Positions 35,236-47,279 of a stretch of DNA of 64,000 nt are shown one piece after another (positions within the stretch are counted from its first letter, which is position 1; the number at the start of each line of letters is the position of its first letter). Made by a program: the position numbers and the translations under genes. The notes under the pieces were generated by a model. The model was not told where the DNA came from. It worked only from the letters and a program-made list of their open reading frames with translations, and made no database searches. The DNA comes from Lepidodermella squamata (Eukaryota > Animalia > Gastrotricha), in NCBI GenBank assembly GCA_047495785.1, contig JBLDXI010000024.1:1488001-1552000 (forward strand), read 5' to 3'.

Positions 35236-37668
35236 TCAAACAACCACTCGGGTTTTAAAGAGCAAGTCTTTAAGCGTGAAATAGCTTAGGGCTAGACTGG
35301 TGGTGAGTGATATCAAGAGCGAAACTAGGGCCGTAGCTGAATGCTGACCAGATTGATTTTGCAGAGTGAGAATGATCAGAGTCGCACAGAGTAACAATGA
35401 CAAAGCATTCAATGGACCAATAACAATGCCTCCGATCTCCTGGCAGCAGCTGTTAACCATAATTTTCACGCCCTGTTTCACACGATAGCCTTGATAAGAG
35501 CAGAATGCCAACATCGCCACGTGCAAAGCAAGCAAGCTTGCCATCCACGCAATTGCGTTCGCCGAAGAACAAACGACTTCTGATATTTCGAAATAAGTGT
35601 CCGTAATCGGGTCATAATTCTTCATTCGTGATGCGGTAATCGTTTTACAGGCGAACGAATCAGAGAGAAGCCAAATGACCAGGAGCGACGTGCAGCCAAC
35701 AATGAAGAGAAATGTAGCCAGGGATGTTCGCTTTTGAATCCCTGCTTCAAACTCGACAGCTGGATCTTTTGCTGGGCCGTGATTACTTGTGGAAACCAAC
35801 ATTGTTGTGCGGCTTGGTTGTGCGTCCACCTTCGACTTTTCCGTCGTTTTGTTTGGGCTAACCTGTCCAACAGAGGTATCAGGGCCCACAACTGTCAACA
35901 TGTTCACAATTTTGCCGTCCTTCATAACTTTCATACGTTTTGGCGGAGGCGGCAGTTTCTTTGCCAGAAAATAAGCTCGGAATGATACTACTCCAGTAAC
36001 AACCGACATCGAAAACACTAACAAGACAAGTCGAGTAATTGATATGGCAAAACTGTCAACGCTGGTCTTCATCGAAAAAGCAACTGCAGCCCCATTCAAA
36101 GCAATGCATCCAATATACCCGGCAATCTTGATGAAAGGAGATGTGCCAACTTCTGGTTTCCCGCTGTTCTTGATGGTCAAGAAAATAACTCCGAGCTGAA
36201 ACAAGGTCAAGATGGCAGCAATAGTTGCAACAGCTGTTGCAACCTCAGGAGTAACCTCTCGTACCAGCGAAATCGAAAACGCAACGTCTCTTGGTGGGTT
36301 TCCGCCATTTTCCCAAGCAGCCCAATCCATCCGCTCGAGAGGGGAGACTTTATAGCGGCCATAGAACATGTAGTTTCGGCTGGTGTCAACCTCAACAGAA
36401 GCGAACTTATTTCGGTATCCTTTAGGATCATAGTAGGAATAGAGTATCAAATCATTCTCCGCGTATCCTCGCTTGCTGAAACGCAGCTGGCCTCTCAGGC
36501 CTGAGATGTTGACAGTCAATACAGATTGATTTACGACTTTCATGACTAATTCGGGATTCGTGTTCATATCTCGCAGCGACATGTTGAATTCCCGTTTCAG
36601 TCGATTATCGGCATCATGCATGGCGTATATCCCCATCAACGTGGCATCATGACAAACGTATTTCAATGATCCTGCAGTTGCGGAGCGAGGAACCTTTAAG
36701 ATTTCGGTCATTTTCTCTTCAAAATAGGTTGTATTGTAGCCTAGCTCGCTGACCCTGCTATCCATCATGACCTGAGTGACCGGACCGACAAACAATGAGT
36801 ACTTCAGCTGCGTTCTGATTATTTCCTTATTGCACCAAGGATCCAAGAAAGCATTTGGTAAAATGTTGTCTGGCTCAGCAGCAAGAGAGTTTACCATGAA
36901 GAACATGTACCGAGGCCCTGTTAAGCCAGCAAGGTAAGCCTTGCACTGGAATCGCCAGAGAAGCGGCTCATTCGTAATGTATACCACGATGATTCGAATG
37001 TCGTGAAAACGAATTTCGTCGATAGCGTCGTCTGTTATGTCCAATACAAGGTTAAATGTTGGAACCTGGACACCACTTTCTAGCGCGTACCTGTTGACGT
37101 ATGTTGCCGCAATATAGTCATTTGGAGCGCTTGCGAGTGTTATAATTCCAATTTTCGACCACTTTCCAATGTCTTTGAAGAAATGAACCAAGGATATCGC
37201 GTTCAGCTCTCCATTTGACTGAGCATTGTAGAGATTCGGATAGGTCACGTGATCAGCGAGAAATGGAGCAGAGCATGCGATGGCAAGTCCTACCATGTTG
37301 AAGTATTTCAACGGCTTTCCGTAGGGTTTGCAACCAATAGAGAAAAATGGTCCGAGGAATATCGGCGAGCGAATTAGACCGTCATCTGGTCTGTTTTCCC
37401 ACATTCGGCCGTATCTCACGAGTTCACGGACAGGGGCGTATCCTTGCGTGAATCCCTCTTCATCTCGATAGTCGGGCACAATGTTGTAGTCAGGCAGAAC
37501 GTCGGTTCGGCTGTTAACGTGATCTATCGCTATTTTTACAGCTGGGGGGCACGGTGCATGCACAATCGGGAACACCTGAAGCATTGAAATGTTGTATTTC
37601 TTTTTCTGGCAGCTGACATGCGTGGGAAATGCAAGCAGAATCAAAACAATGTATTCAGTTCTCGACAT
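35236..37668 (-). CDS. Orphan class C GPCR, GABA-B-like, copy 2 (810 aa)
   Basis: Intronless, ATG at 37668 (MSRTEY), collinear with copy 1. Confidence 0.88.
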   Translation of the reverse strand: MSRTEYIVLILLAFPTHVSCQKKKYNISMLQVFPIVHAPCPPAVKIAIDHVNSRTDVLPDYNIVPDYRDEEGFTQGYAPVRELVRYGRMWENRPDDGLIRSPIFLGPFFSIGCKPYGKPLKYFNMVGLAIACSAPFLADHVTYPNLYNAQSNGELNAISLVHFFKDIGKWSKIGIITLASAPNDYIAATYVNRYALESGVQVPTFNLVLDITDDAIDEIRFHDIRIIVVYITNEPLLWRFQCKAYLAGLTGPRYMFFMVNSLAAEPDNILPNAFLDPWCNKEIIRTQLKYSLFVGPVTQVMMDSRVSELGYNTTYFEEKMTEILKVPRSATAGSLKYVCHDATLMGIYAMHDADNRLKREFNMSLRDMNTNPELVMKVVNQSVLTVNISGLRGQLRFSKRGYAENDLILYSYYDPKGYRNKFASVEVDTSRNYMFYGRYKVSPLERMDWAAWENGGNPPRDVAFSISLVREVTPEVATAVATIAAILTLFQLGVIFLTIKNSGKPEVGTSPFIKIAGYIGCIALNGAAVAFSMKTSVDSFAISITRLVLLVFSMSVVTGVVSFRAYFLAKKLPPPPKRMKVMKDGKIVNMLTVVGPDTSVGQVSPNKTTEKSKVDAQPSRTTMLVSTSNHGPAKDPAVEFEAGIQKRTSLATFLFIVGCTSLLVIWLLSDSFACKTITASRMKNYDPITDTYFEISEVVCSSANAIAWMASLLALHVAMLAFCSYQGYRVKQGVKIMVNSCCQEIGGIVIGPLNALSLLLCATLIILTLQNQSGQHSATALVSLLISLTTSLALSYFTLKDLLFKTRVVV

Positions 37669-38279
37669 GCCTTCGAAAATATATGTTATAGGCAGGGTAA
37701 ACAGGTAAATTACAATCTTTTCGATTTTAAGCTTTAATGAGTTTACCAAAATGCATCCCACGCGGCTTAGTCCTTATTTCTAAATATATTGACCAGCAAT
37801 TAAGAATCCAGGGGAAGGGGTTCAATTTCCTCAGAGGAAATCCGCGTTGTAATTAGTTAATTCGAGCAATAATTACGGAAGCTTTGATAATTATCAAGAT
37901 GTCCTAAAGTCAGGTAACTGAAAACATCGATCGATGACGTCATTTTTCCTGCCCACCAGCCAGCTGAGTTAACTCGGCAACCTCAAATTAGCAGGCAAAG
38001 TCAGGAGTTTGCTTTATATTATCGTCAAGTTCAATCTGATGTTCAGGATCTCATAGGTTTATAAGCTTTCCAAACAAAAATTCATGTCTTTGCAGGCAAA
38101 TTTGAAAACGCCATGGTTATCTCAGTTTTACAGATGTGATTCTTACTCAGTTTGGAATGCAGAGTATTAAGGAAAAAAATGACGAATATTACGGAACCGG
38201 AAAGCCGTTTAAGTCCTAATAAAATAATGCGTACTTAGGTTTTAATATAACGACCGAAGCTATTATTGGCTTACCTCCT

Positions 38280-38880
38280 CTTGCACAAACTCATTTGCAC
38301 AAAATGACTCGTACACAATTTTTTGCACAAACAAGTATTTTTTATTGTAATCGATTCATGTCGATTTCCCTAGCATTCCTAATACCAGACATCTTCTATA
38401 TAAGGACTGATTATAAACTTCAAGTTAAAATAGAAACAACACCAAGCTGGTTTTCATCGCAATAGTTGTTTTCGTTCATTTCTTTAATATATCATCATTT
38501 CAACCAGAACTAATCTAATATTCATCAATATTAACCACAAATCTTCTCTTCATGCTATCAGTTGAAGATCCCATTCATGCTTGTTAACGCGCTTCGAACC
38601 TTGTAGAGAAAGTCGAGGGTGCTGAGCCTATTCCCAGCCCAACGCCGCGTAAAGCTTTGCACCGTGTTTGTCAATTCGCACGTGTTTCAGGACGACCGAC
38701 GACCCGATTTGGGAAAGGACCAGCATCCTGTTGATTCACCTTAGCCTAAGCGACTCGGTCTTGGCGTATTATGAGAAGAATGAAAGTCCAGATATTTTCG
38801 AAATGAATCTTGCTTTCCTGTTAACACGCAAATGCCACGCCTCGACGTTATTATTCGTCCTACGATGCTCTCTGTAACAA
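38280..38880 (-). mobile_element. Degraded Mutator/MULE transposase 3' fragment
   Basis: Minus frame reads EHRRTNNNVEAWHLRVN (MULE catalytic-Glu motif) at about 38820-38870, followed by stops; short TGCACAAA tandem repeats at 38282-38331. Confidence 0.55.
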
Positions 38881-38889
38881 TTCCATTCT

Positions 38890-39550
38890 TCGGCCAGTGC
38901 AGCGAGCCGGGTGATTCCCGGTCACCCAACCACGACCACCCAACCGCGAAGTTTCCCAATAATTAATCCAAAGCGCGAACTCTCTCAACCAGTTTCCGCA
39001 ACCTCAGGATTTTATTGAAATCATAATTATTTTCTCAAATTCCCAATCCCGTGCTCGCGTGTCAAGTTTAAACCGTTGAACAGTAACACCTGTTTATCGC
39101 GCGCTTCTATTAAGAACTTGAAGGAATACGTCATCTTTAAACTGAAAAATTGAACAACCAAAATTCGCAGCGCTGAAAGTATAGCCAGGGACGCAAGGGA
39201 CGTGGAGGGAGATAAATTCGTCTCTGTCATACTTCGGTGTGCATCCGTCCAATATCTTCGTTTCGCACAGCATTATTGCCATTGGCCGAATTTACTTCTG
39301 CGAATTCTGCTAAATCATATAATTTTTCAGCTTTCAGTAGACCATTCAGATTAGCATTGAAACAAGTGTGATTATCAGGAGAGAAGCGAGTTATAACCAA
39401 GTCACAGTGATCAAATGTAGGTGGAAAAATTGCAGCAGTAGTATCCGGGCCCGGATTAGGCGAGATTCCAGATATCAGTGTTGGCGGGGCCATTTCCGTA
39501 GGATCCGGATTAGGCGAGATTATTCCAGAGATCAACAGAAATACTTTGGC
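38890..39550 (-). mobile_element. Degraded CR1/L2-type LINE ORF2 5' fragment (APE endonuclease)
   Basis: LLISGIISPNPDP / LISGISPNPGP leader, then CFNANLNGL, IMLCETKI, VPGY and IIGNF-like motifs spread over shifted frames. Confidence 0.55.
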
Positions 39551-40213
39551 GTGTTAGTTTGGCGTGTTAGCCGAAAAACAAAAGAAAATCGCATACCACT
39601 CATGAGTTTTTGTATCCTGGGTTCGGTCTCATCATGTATCGCATGTACAGCGTTGTCAGGTACGACGTTACCACGGAAGCCGTCCCTCAGAAACGGAAAA
39701 TCTCGAGTATCTCGTTTCAGCTATCGTACATAATCGATGTAAACATCAACTCTTACGTGCATCAGCGCCGGCTTGTTAAACAAACACGCGACTTGCGTAA
39801 CCTTGCGTAACCAAGCACGCGAGCTTCGAACTTTGTCCAGTTGACCCGTTGTCCTTGAAACCAGGACAATATTTTCGAAAACCAGGACGTCGGCGAAAAC
39901 ATTGCTTGACCGCTTGAGAACTGACGCTGGTAGAAGTAGGTACCAGAGCTGAAGTTGTACAGCGAGAAGGATGCTTGCCAGAACATTGAGTGGCGATTAC
40001 CCACGGAATGACTTTGATTGATGTCGATCGGTGAGCGATAAATTCAAAATTTAATCACGTAAAACATGTCCCCTATCTCAGAAAATGTGATATTGAATCG
40101 CAAATATTTTGAATAGTGCAGATAATTTATTATTGAATAATGGAGAATCGTTTGAGATCAAATATATCCTGATACAATTTTAGGGTCCCGGAGTTAGGTA
40201 CTCAATACTGACG

Positions 40214-40439
40214 CGCTCATGTTTTAACAATCATTCCCTTGAGCGTGAAATAGCTGAGAGCTAGGCTAGTAGTGAGTGATAGCAAGAGTGAAGCGAAGGC
40301 CGTGGCACAATGCTGACTAGATTGGCTTCGAAGCGTAAAAATGACCAATACCGAGCAAAGTAACAATGACAAAGCATTCAATGGCCCAATGACAATTCCT
40401 CCGAGCTCCTTGCAGCAATTGTTAACCAGAAGTTTCATG
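40214..40439 (-). pseudogene. Class C GPCR 3' fragment (TM6-TM7-stop)
   Basis: MKLLVNNCCKELGG (as copy 1) joined to ...SYFTLKGMIVKT* (as copy 4); no upstream coding sequence. Confidence 0.85.
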
Positions 40440-40447
40440 ACCCGACA

Positions 40448-41396
40448 TGGTGTGTACAACGGAGTGAGTTTTCTCTTTAGCCCGCTCTTGTCGTTTGCTA
40501 TGTTTCTTATCCTGTAAAGGTAAAAGTGCTCTAAGAAAGATATAGAACATACAGGTATAGAAGAAATAAGGAAAAATTAACACTACATTTGCAACTCACT
40601 AAAAACTAAAAAAGTCTACAAAAACTGGACTAAATTTTCTGAACTTATTCAGGAGAGCCGAGATTCATTTTACATTCGAAATTCCAGTGCTTTTCTTCGC
40701 GGTGTCACATTAAAGTCACATTGCGTTGCTCGTTTGACAAAAAGCTCAAGTGAATACCCAAGAAATCGGCAACTTTATTTAAAACAATCTGTGGATTTCG
40801 AGAAATATTAACGGCATCCAGGGTAATGTGGATAACAAATAACAATTACTGTTGAAGTCTGGCCGTTTGCGAGAGACAAGGGAGAATTAATAAGAGCAAT
40901 GTTTCCGACCAAGAGGGTCCAGATCTAAGCGGCGGATTAACGGCGGCTGCACCTTCAAGGAGAGCTTTTATGAGCGTGCGGCACACTTCGTCAAAAAAAC
41001 TCCAATCAACTGTGCATTGAACGTGAGACTACACAAAGAAAACATCGTATAGCGGTTATAGCTAGGGTTTGCCTGTGGATTGATTATTGAACAAAAATTG
41101 GTGTTCTTTCCAGTGCAAACGGACCATTGAATACAATGGAATACTATTTCGTGAAAATAATAACCAAGCGCCACTAATCAACTAATCAAACAACCACTCG
41201 GGTTTTAAAGAGCAAGTCTTTAAGCGTGAAATAGCTTAGGGCTAGACTGGTGGTGAGTGATATCAAGAGCGAAACTAGGGCCGTAGCTGAATGCTGACCA
41301 GATTGATTTTGCAGAGTGAGAATGATCAGAGTCGCACAGAGTAACAATGACAAAGCATTCAATGGACCAATAACAATGCCTCCGATCTCCTGGCAG
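40448..41396. repeat. Segmental duplicate: 3' end and downstream flank shared by GPCR copies 2 and 3 (transposon-free version)
   Basis: Aligns by eye with 27651-27708 + 33193-33370 + 34751-35446; a more diverged version lies downstream of copy 5 (about 50450-50660). Confidence 0.9.
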
Positions 41397-43618
41397 CAAC
41401 GGTTAACCATAAGTTTCACGCCCTGTTTCACGCGGTAGCCGTGATAAGAACAAAATGCCAACAACAACACGTGTAAAGCAGCGATGCTTGCCATCCAAGC
41501 CATTGCGTGCGTTGAAGAACAAACGACTTCTGATATCTCAAAATAAGTGTCCGTAATCGGGTCATAATTGTTAACTCTTGGTGCGACAAACGGTTTACAG
41601 ACGAAAGAATCAGAGAGGAGCCAAATGATCAGGAGGAACATGCTACAAAAGATGAAAGCTAAAGTGGCTAATAATGTTCGCCTTTGGATCCTGGCTTCAA
41701 ACTCGATCGCTGGATTTTTCGCAGCACCGTGTTTACTCGCGTGAAACGACATTATTGTGCGGTTTGTCTTTGCGTCCGATCTCGATCTATTCCTCGTTGT
41801 GTTTGGGCTAGCTGGTTCACCGGAATTATCAGAACCCTCAACAGCCAACACGTGTACAACACTGCCGTTCTGTATAACTTTCACCCGTTTCGGTGGGGGA
41901 GGCAATTTCCTCGCCAGAAAAAAAGCTCTGAATGAAACCGCGCCTACGACCATTGACATCGAAAACACTAACAAGACAAGTCGAGTAATCAAAATAGCGA
42001 AACTATCAACGCTAGTTTTCATCGAAAACGCCACTGCAGCCCCATTCAACACAATGCATCCAGTGTAACAGACTATTTTGATTAGGGGAGATGTGCCATG
42101 TTCTGGTTTGCGACTTATCTTGATGGTCACAAAAATTACTCCGAGCTGAAACAAGGTCAAGATGGCAGCAATAGTTGCAACAGCTGTTGCAACCTCAGGA
42201 GTGACCTCTCGCGTCAGCGAAACTGAAAACGCAACATCCCTCGGTGGGTTTCCGCCATTTTCCCAAGCAGCCCAATCCATCCGCTCGAGAGGGGAGACTT
42301 TGTAGCGACCGTAGAACATGTAGTTTCGGCTGGTGTCAACCTCAACAGAAGCGAACTTATTTCGGTATCCTTTAGGATCATAGTAGGAATAGAGTATCAA
42401 ATCATTTTCGGCGTATCCTCGCTTGCTGAAACGAAGCTGACCTCTCAGGCCTGAGATGTTGACAGTCAAAACAGATTGATTCACGACTTTCATGACTAAT
42501 TCAGGATTCGTGTTCATGTCTCGCAGCGACATGTTGAATTCTCGTTTCAGGCGATTATCGGCATCATGCATGGCGTATATACCCATCAAAGTGGCATCAT
42601 GGCAAACGTATTTCAACGACCCTGGAATTGCAGATCGAGGTATCTTAAGGATTTCGAACATTTTCTCTTCGAAATATGTGGTGTTGTAGCCTAGCTCGCT
42701 CACTCTGCTATCATCGATGACCTGAGTTATCCCACCGACAAATATTGAGTACTTGAACTGCATTCTGATTATTTCCCTTGTGCACCATGGGTCCAAGAAA
42801 GCAGTTGGTGAAATGTTGTTAGGTTCCGCAGCAAGTGAGTTCGACATAAAGAAAATGTATCTTGAACCAGTTATTCCAGCATGGAAAGCCTTGCACAGAA
42901 ATCGCCAGAGAAGCGGCTCATTCGTAATGTATGCCACGATGATTCTAGTGTCGTGAAATCGGAGTACGTCGATAGCGTCGTCTGTAATGTCCAAGACGAT
43001 GTTGAAAGTTGGAACACGAACACCACTATCTAAAGCGTATCGATTTACGTAAGAAGCTGCCATGTAGTCGTTTGGAACGCTTGCCAGCGTTATAATCCCT
43101 ACAGTTGACCACTTTCCGATGTCTTTGAAGAAATGAACCAAGGATATAGCGTTGAGCTCTCCATTTGACTGAACATTGTAGAGATTCGGATAGGTCACGT
43201 GATCAGCGAGAAATGGAGCAGTACACGCGATAGATATTCCAACCATGTTGAAATATTTCAGCGGCTTCCCGTATGGTTTGCAACCAATAGAGAAAAATGG
43301 TCCGAGGAATATCGGCGAGCGAATTAGACCGTCATCTGGTCTGTTTTCCCACATTCGGCCGTATCTCACGAGTTCACGGACAGGGGCGTATCCTTGTGTA
43401 AAGCCTTCTTCATCGCGATAGTCGGGCACAATGTTGTAGTCGGGCAGAACGTCAGTTCGGTTGTTAGCGTGATCTATTGCTATTTTCACGGCTGGCGGGC
43501 AAGCTGTATGAACAATCGGGAACACCTGAAGCATGGATATGTTGAATTTCTTCCTCTGACAGCTTACATGTGTAGAAAATGCAAGCAGAATTAAGAAAAT
43601 GGCCCCTATTACCGACAT
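41186..43618 (-). CDS. Orphan class C GPCR, GABA-B-like, copy 3 (810 aa)
   Basis: Intact intronless ORF, collinear with the other copies. Confidence 0.88.
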   Translation of the reverse strand: MSVIGAIFLILLAFSTHVSCQRKKFNISMLQVFPIVHTACPPAVKIAIDHANNRTDVLPDYNIVPDYRDEEGFTQGYAPVRELVRYGRMWENRPDDGLIRSPIFLGPFFSIGCKPYGKPLKYFNMVGISIACTAPFLADHVTYPNLYNVQSNGELNAISLVHFFKDIGKWSTVGIITLASVPNDYMAASYVNRYALDSGVRVPTFNIVLDITDDAIDVLRFHDTRIIVAYITNEPLLWRFLCKAFHAGITGSRYIFFMSNSLAAEPNNISPTAFLDPWCTREIIRMQFKYSIFVGGITQVIDDSRVSELGYNTTYFEEKMFEILKIPRSAIPGSLKYVCHDATLMGIYAMHDADNRLKREFNMSLRDMNTNPELVMKVVNQSVLTVNISGLRGQLRFSKRGYAENDLILYSYYDPKGYRNKFASVEVDTSRNYMFYGRYKVSPLERMDWAAWENGGNPPRDVAFSVSLTREVTPEVATAVATIAAILTLFQLGVIFVTIKISRKPEHGTSPLIKIVCYTGCIVLNGAAVAFSMKTSVDSFAILITRLVLLVFSMSMVVGAVSFRAFFLARKLPPPPKRVKVIQNGSVVHVLAVEGSDNSGEPASPNTTRNRSRSDAKTNRTIMSFHASKHGAAKNPAIEFEARIQRRTLLATLAFIFCSMFLLIIWLLSDSFVCKPFVAPRVNNYDPITDTYFEISEVVCSSTHAMAWMASIAALHVLLLAFCSYHGYRVKQGVKLMVNRCCQEIGGIVIGPLNALSLLLCATLIILTLQNQSGQHSATALVSLLISLTTSLALSYFTLKDLLFKTRVVV

Positions 43619-44865
43619 ATTTCGAAAATTTACTTTGAAGGCAGGCTTTCAAGAATGCGAAAATGATGTTAAATGATGATTTCACTACAACAGACAGAAT
43701 GCCGTCTAGTTTTTCCGGAAAATCACGTAGTTCCTGTTTTTTCAAAAGCCATTCAGCCACATACCTACTGCAGCAAAAAAGGTTCAGCATCCTCTGTTTA
43801 GTCTGCTATAGCGCAAACTTAAAACTGAACCCATTTTGTTGCGAGCACCTCGGTTTCGATTTCCGCGACTCACACGTTTTAAAGGCTCAGGTTACCTACT
43901 GTTTATTCCAACATTTGGGCGCCTGATGAACACATTTCGCCATTTGTGCCTATCTCGAGCTGCTGTTTTCGAATGGGACAAAGTCGCGCATATTATGTTC
44001 CTGTCGCGGAAGAACGGAAGAAGCGCACTTATGTAAAAGTCCGAAAGTACGCGAAGTATGCTGCACCGAGCTCAACTCGAAACCAACCGTATTAAAGTGC
44101 AGCTTTTTTTGACCGCACTGCCCATTCGGCGGGATGACCGAATGATTTAGTTCTTCTAAGTTACCGCACTTGTGTTACAGCAGGAATACCGTAAAAAATA
44201 CTGCGAATCTCGAAGGCTCCCTGGCCCAGGATAGAACTACTTGTGGGGAAATCGAAATATCGGATTAGATTCTAATCATTAGAACACGTTTTTGAGGTGG
44301 GTGATCTGGATATGTAGCTGGCTACCAGTCCTCCTCCGACACTCGGTGCCCTTGGCGCGAATTTAATTATTGTCATGCCAACGAACTGGGTAAACTGGGG
44401 AGAGATTTTTTTCATGAATTTTTCCTTCTCATTTTCTTTTGTACTATAAACTTGTATGTTATATCTGTTGAATATTGCTGACTAGTTTGAATGAAATGAT
44501 GAAATAAAGATAATGCTATGCTATGCTATGACAATGTGTTCGTCATCAGCGTCCCTACTTGTGAAAAAAGAATAAAAAATTCGATATCCGAGCATCAAAA
44601 AACGTGGGGGCAAAGAGTCGAACCTGAGGTTCACATACCATGTTTTCCGTTTTGCGTTTGCATTTCATGTTCCTGCTTGCAGACTAAACAGAGGATGTTG
44701 AAATTGATTTGCTGCAGTACATCGGTGACTGCGTAGCTTCATCTAAAAAACGGTTATGACGTGATCTTACGGAAAGCTATCCGGCGATTTGACTGATATA
44801 GTGCAACGGCCATTTTACAGCATTTTTACATTTTAGACCTGTCCTCAACACGTATTTTCGAAAAC

Positions 44866-47279
44866 ATGTCGCGAATATGGTACATTTACTTCACTCTGCT
44901 AGGATTTTCTACGCATGCGAACTGCCAGAATAAGAAATTCAACATATCGATGCTTCAAATGTTCCCCGTCACGCATAAAGCATGCACGCCAGCTGTGAAA
45001 ATCGCCATAGATAATGCCAACAACCGAAGTGACGTTCTGTCAGACTACAACATCATACAGGATTATCGCGATGAAGAAGGCTTTACACAAGGCTACGCCC
45101 CAGTCCGTGAACTCGTGAGATACGGCCGAATGTGGGAAAACAGACCAGATGACGGTCTCATTCGCGCGCCGATTTTCATCGGGCCCTTTTTCTCCATTGG
45201 TTGTAAACCATACGGGAAGCCGCTGAAATATTTCAACATAGTTGGAATATCTATCGCGTGTACTGCTCCATTTCTCGCTGATCACGTGACCTATCCGAAT
45301 CTCTACAATGTTCAGTCAAATGGAGAGCTCAACGCTATATCCTTGGTTCATTTCTTCAAAGACATCGGAAAGTGGTCGACTATAGGAATACTAACGCTGG
45401 CCAGCGCTCCAAACGACTATATTGCGGCAACATATGTCAACAGATACGCGCTGGAGAGCGGCATTCAGGTTCCAACTTTCAACATCGTCTTGTCATAACA
45501 GACGATGTGATCGATCAGCTACGATTTCATGACGTTCGTGTCGTTGTCGTCTATATCACTAATGAGCCTCTTTTGTGGCGATTCCTATGCAAGGCGTATT
45601 ACGCTGGAATCACAGGTGGAAAATACATCTTTTTTATGCCGAACACACTCGCTTTGGAACCGAACAACGTTTTTCCTTCAAATTTATGGGACAGCTGGTG
45701 CACGAAAGAAATCATAAGAACCCAGCTAGGGTACTCACTTTTTGTCGGTCCGGTCACTCAAGTAATGAATGATAGCAGGGTCAGCGAGTTAGGTTACAAC
45801 ACTACTTATTTCGAGGAGAGAATGACCGAAATCCTTAAGGTACCTCGATCTGCAACTGCAGGAACGTTGAAATACGTTTGCCACGATGCCACATTGATGG
45901 GGATATTCGCCATGCACGATGCCGATAATCGACTGAAACGAGACTTCAACATGTCGCTGCGAGATATGAATACGAATCCTGAATTGGTCATGAAAGTCGT
46001 GAATCAATCTGTACTTAATGTCAACATCTCTGGCCTGAGGGGCCAACTTCGTTTCAGCAAGCGAGGATACGCCGAGAATGATTTGATCGTCTATTCCTAC
46101 TATGATCCTAAAGGATACCGGAATAAGTTCGCTTCTGTTGAGGTTGACACCAGCCGAAACTACATGTTCTACGGTCGCTACAAAGTCTCCCCTCTCGAGC
46201 GGATGGATTGGGCTGCTTGGGAAAACGGCGGAAACCCACCAAGAGACGTTGCTTTTTCGATTTCGCTGGTACGAGAGGTCACTCCTGGGGTTGCAACAGC
46301 TGTCATAACTATTGCTGCCATCTTGACCTTGCTTCAACTCGGAATCATTTTCGTGACCATCAAGAACAGCGGGAAGCCAGAACTTGGCACATCTCCTTTC
46401 ATCAAAATAACCGGGTATGCTGGATGCATTGTGTTGAATGGGGCTGCAGTGGCGTTTTCAATGAAGACCAGCGTTGACAGTTTCGCTATTTCGATAACTC
46501 GACTTGTCTTGTTAGTGTTTTCGATGTCAATCGTTGTGGGCGTGGTTTCATTCCGAGCATTATTTCTGGCAAGGAAACTGCCGCCTCCGCCGAAACGTGT
46601 AAAAGTTAGGCGGAACGGCAAGGTTGTACATATGTTGGAAGTTGTTGGCTCTGAAACTTCCACTGGACAAGTTAGCCCAAACACAACGATGTATAGAACC
46701 AAATCGGACTCCAAGACAAACCGCACAATAAGGTCGGTTCACCCGAGTAGCCACGATTCTGCGAAAGTTAATGCGGTCGAGTTTGAAGCCAAGATCCAAA
46801 ATCGAACATTTCTGTGCACTTCAGCATTTATTTATGGTAGCATGTTGCTCCTGATCATTTGGCTTCTCTCTGATTCGTTCGCCTGTAAATTAATAGTCGC
46901 ACCACGAATTTACGACCCGATTACGGACACTTACTTCGAAATATCAGAAGTCGTTTGTTCTTCGACGCACGCAATTGCTTGGATGGCGAGCATCGCTGCT
47001 TTACACGTGTTGTTGTTGGCATTTTGTTCTTATCACGGCTACCGCGTGAAACAGGGCGTGAAACTTATGGTTAACCGTTGCTGCCGGGAAATTGGAGGAA
47101 TCGTAATTGGCCCGCTGAATGCTTTGTCATTGTTACTTTGCTCGGTATTGGTCATTTTTACGCTTCGAAGCCAATCTAGTCAGCATTGTGCCACGGCCTT
47201 CGCTTCACTCTTGCTATCACTCACTACTAGCCTAGCTCTCAGCTATTTCACGCTCAAGGGAATGATTGTTAAAACATGA
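44866..47279 (+). pseudogene. Class C GPCR copy 4, inverted, with one frameshift
   Basis: At about 45492 it reads GTCTTGTCATAAC where paralogs read GTCTTGGACATAAC (1 nt missing), splitting the gene into the 44866 and 45372 ORFs; otherwise full length. Could be a sequencing error. Confidence 0.8.
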
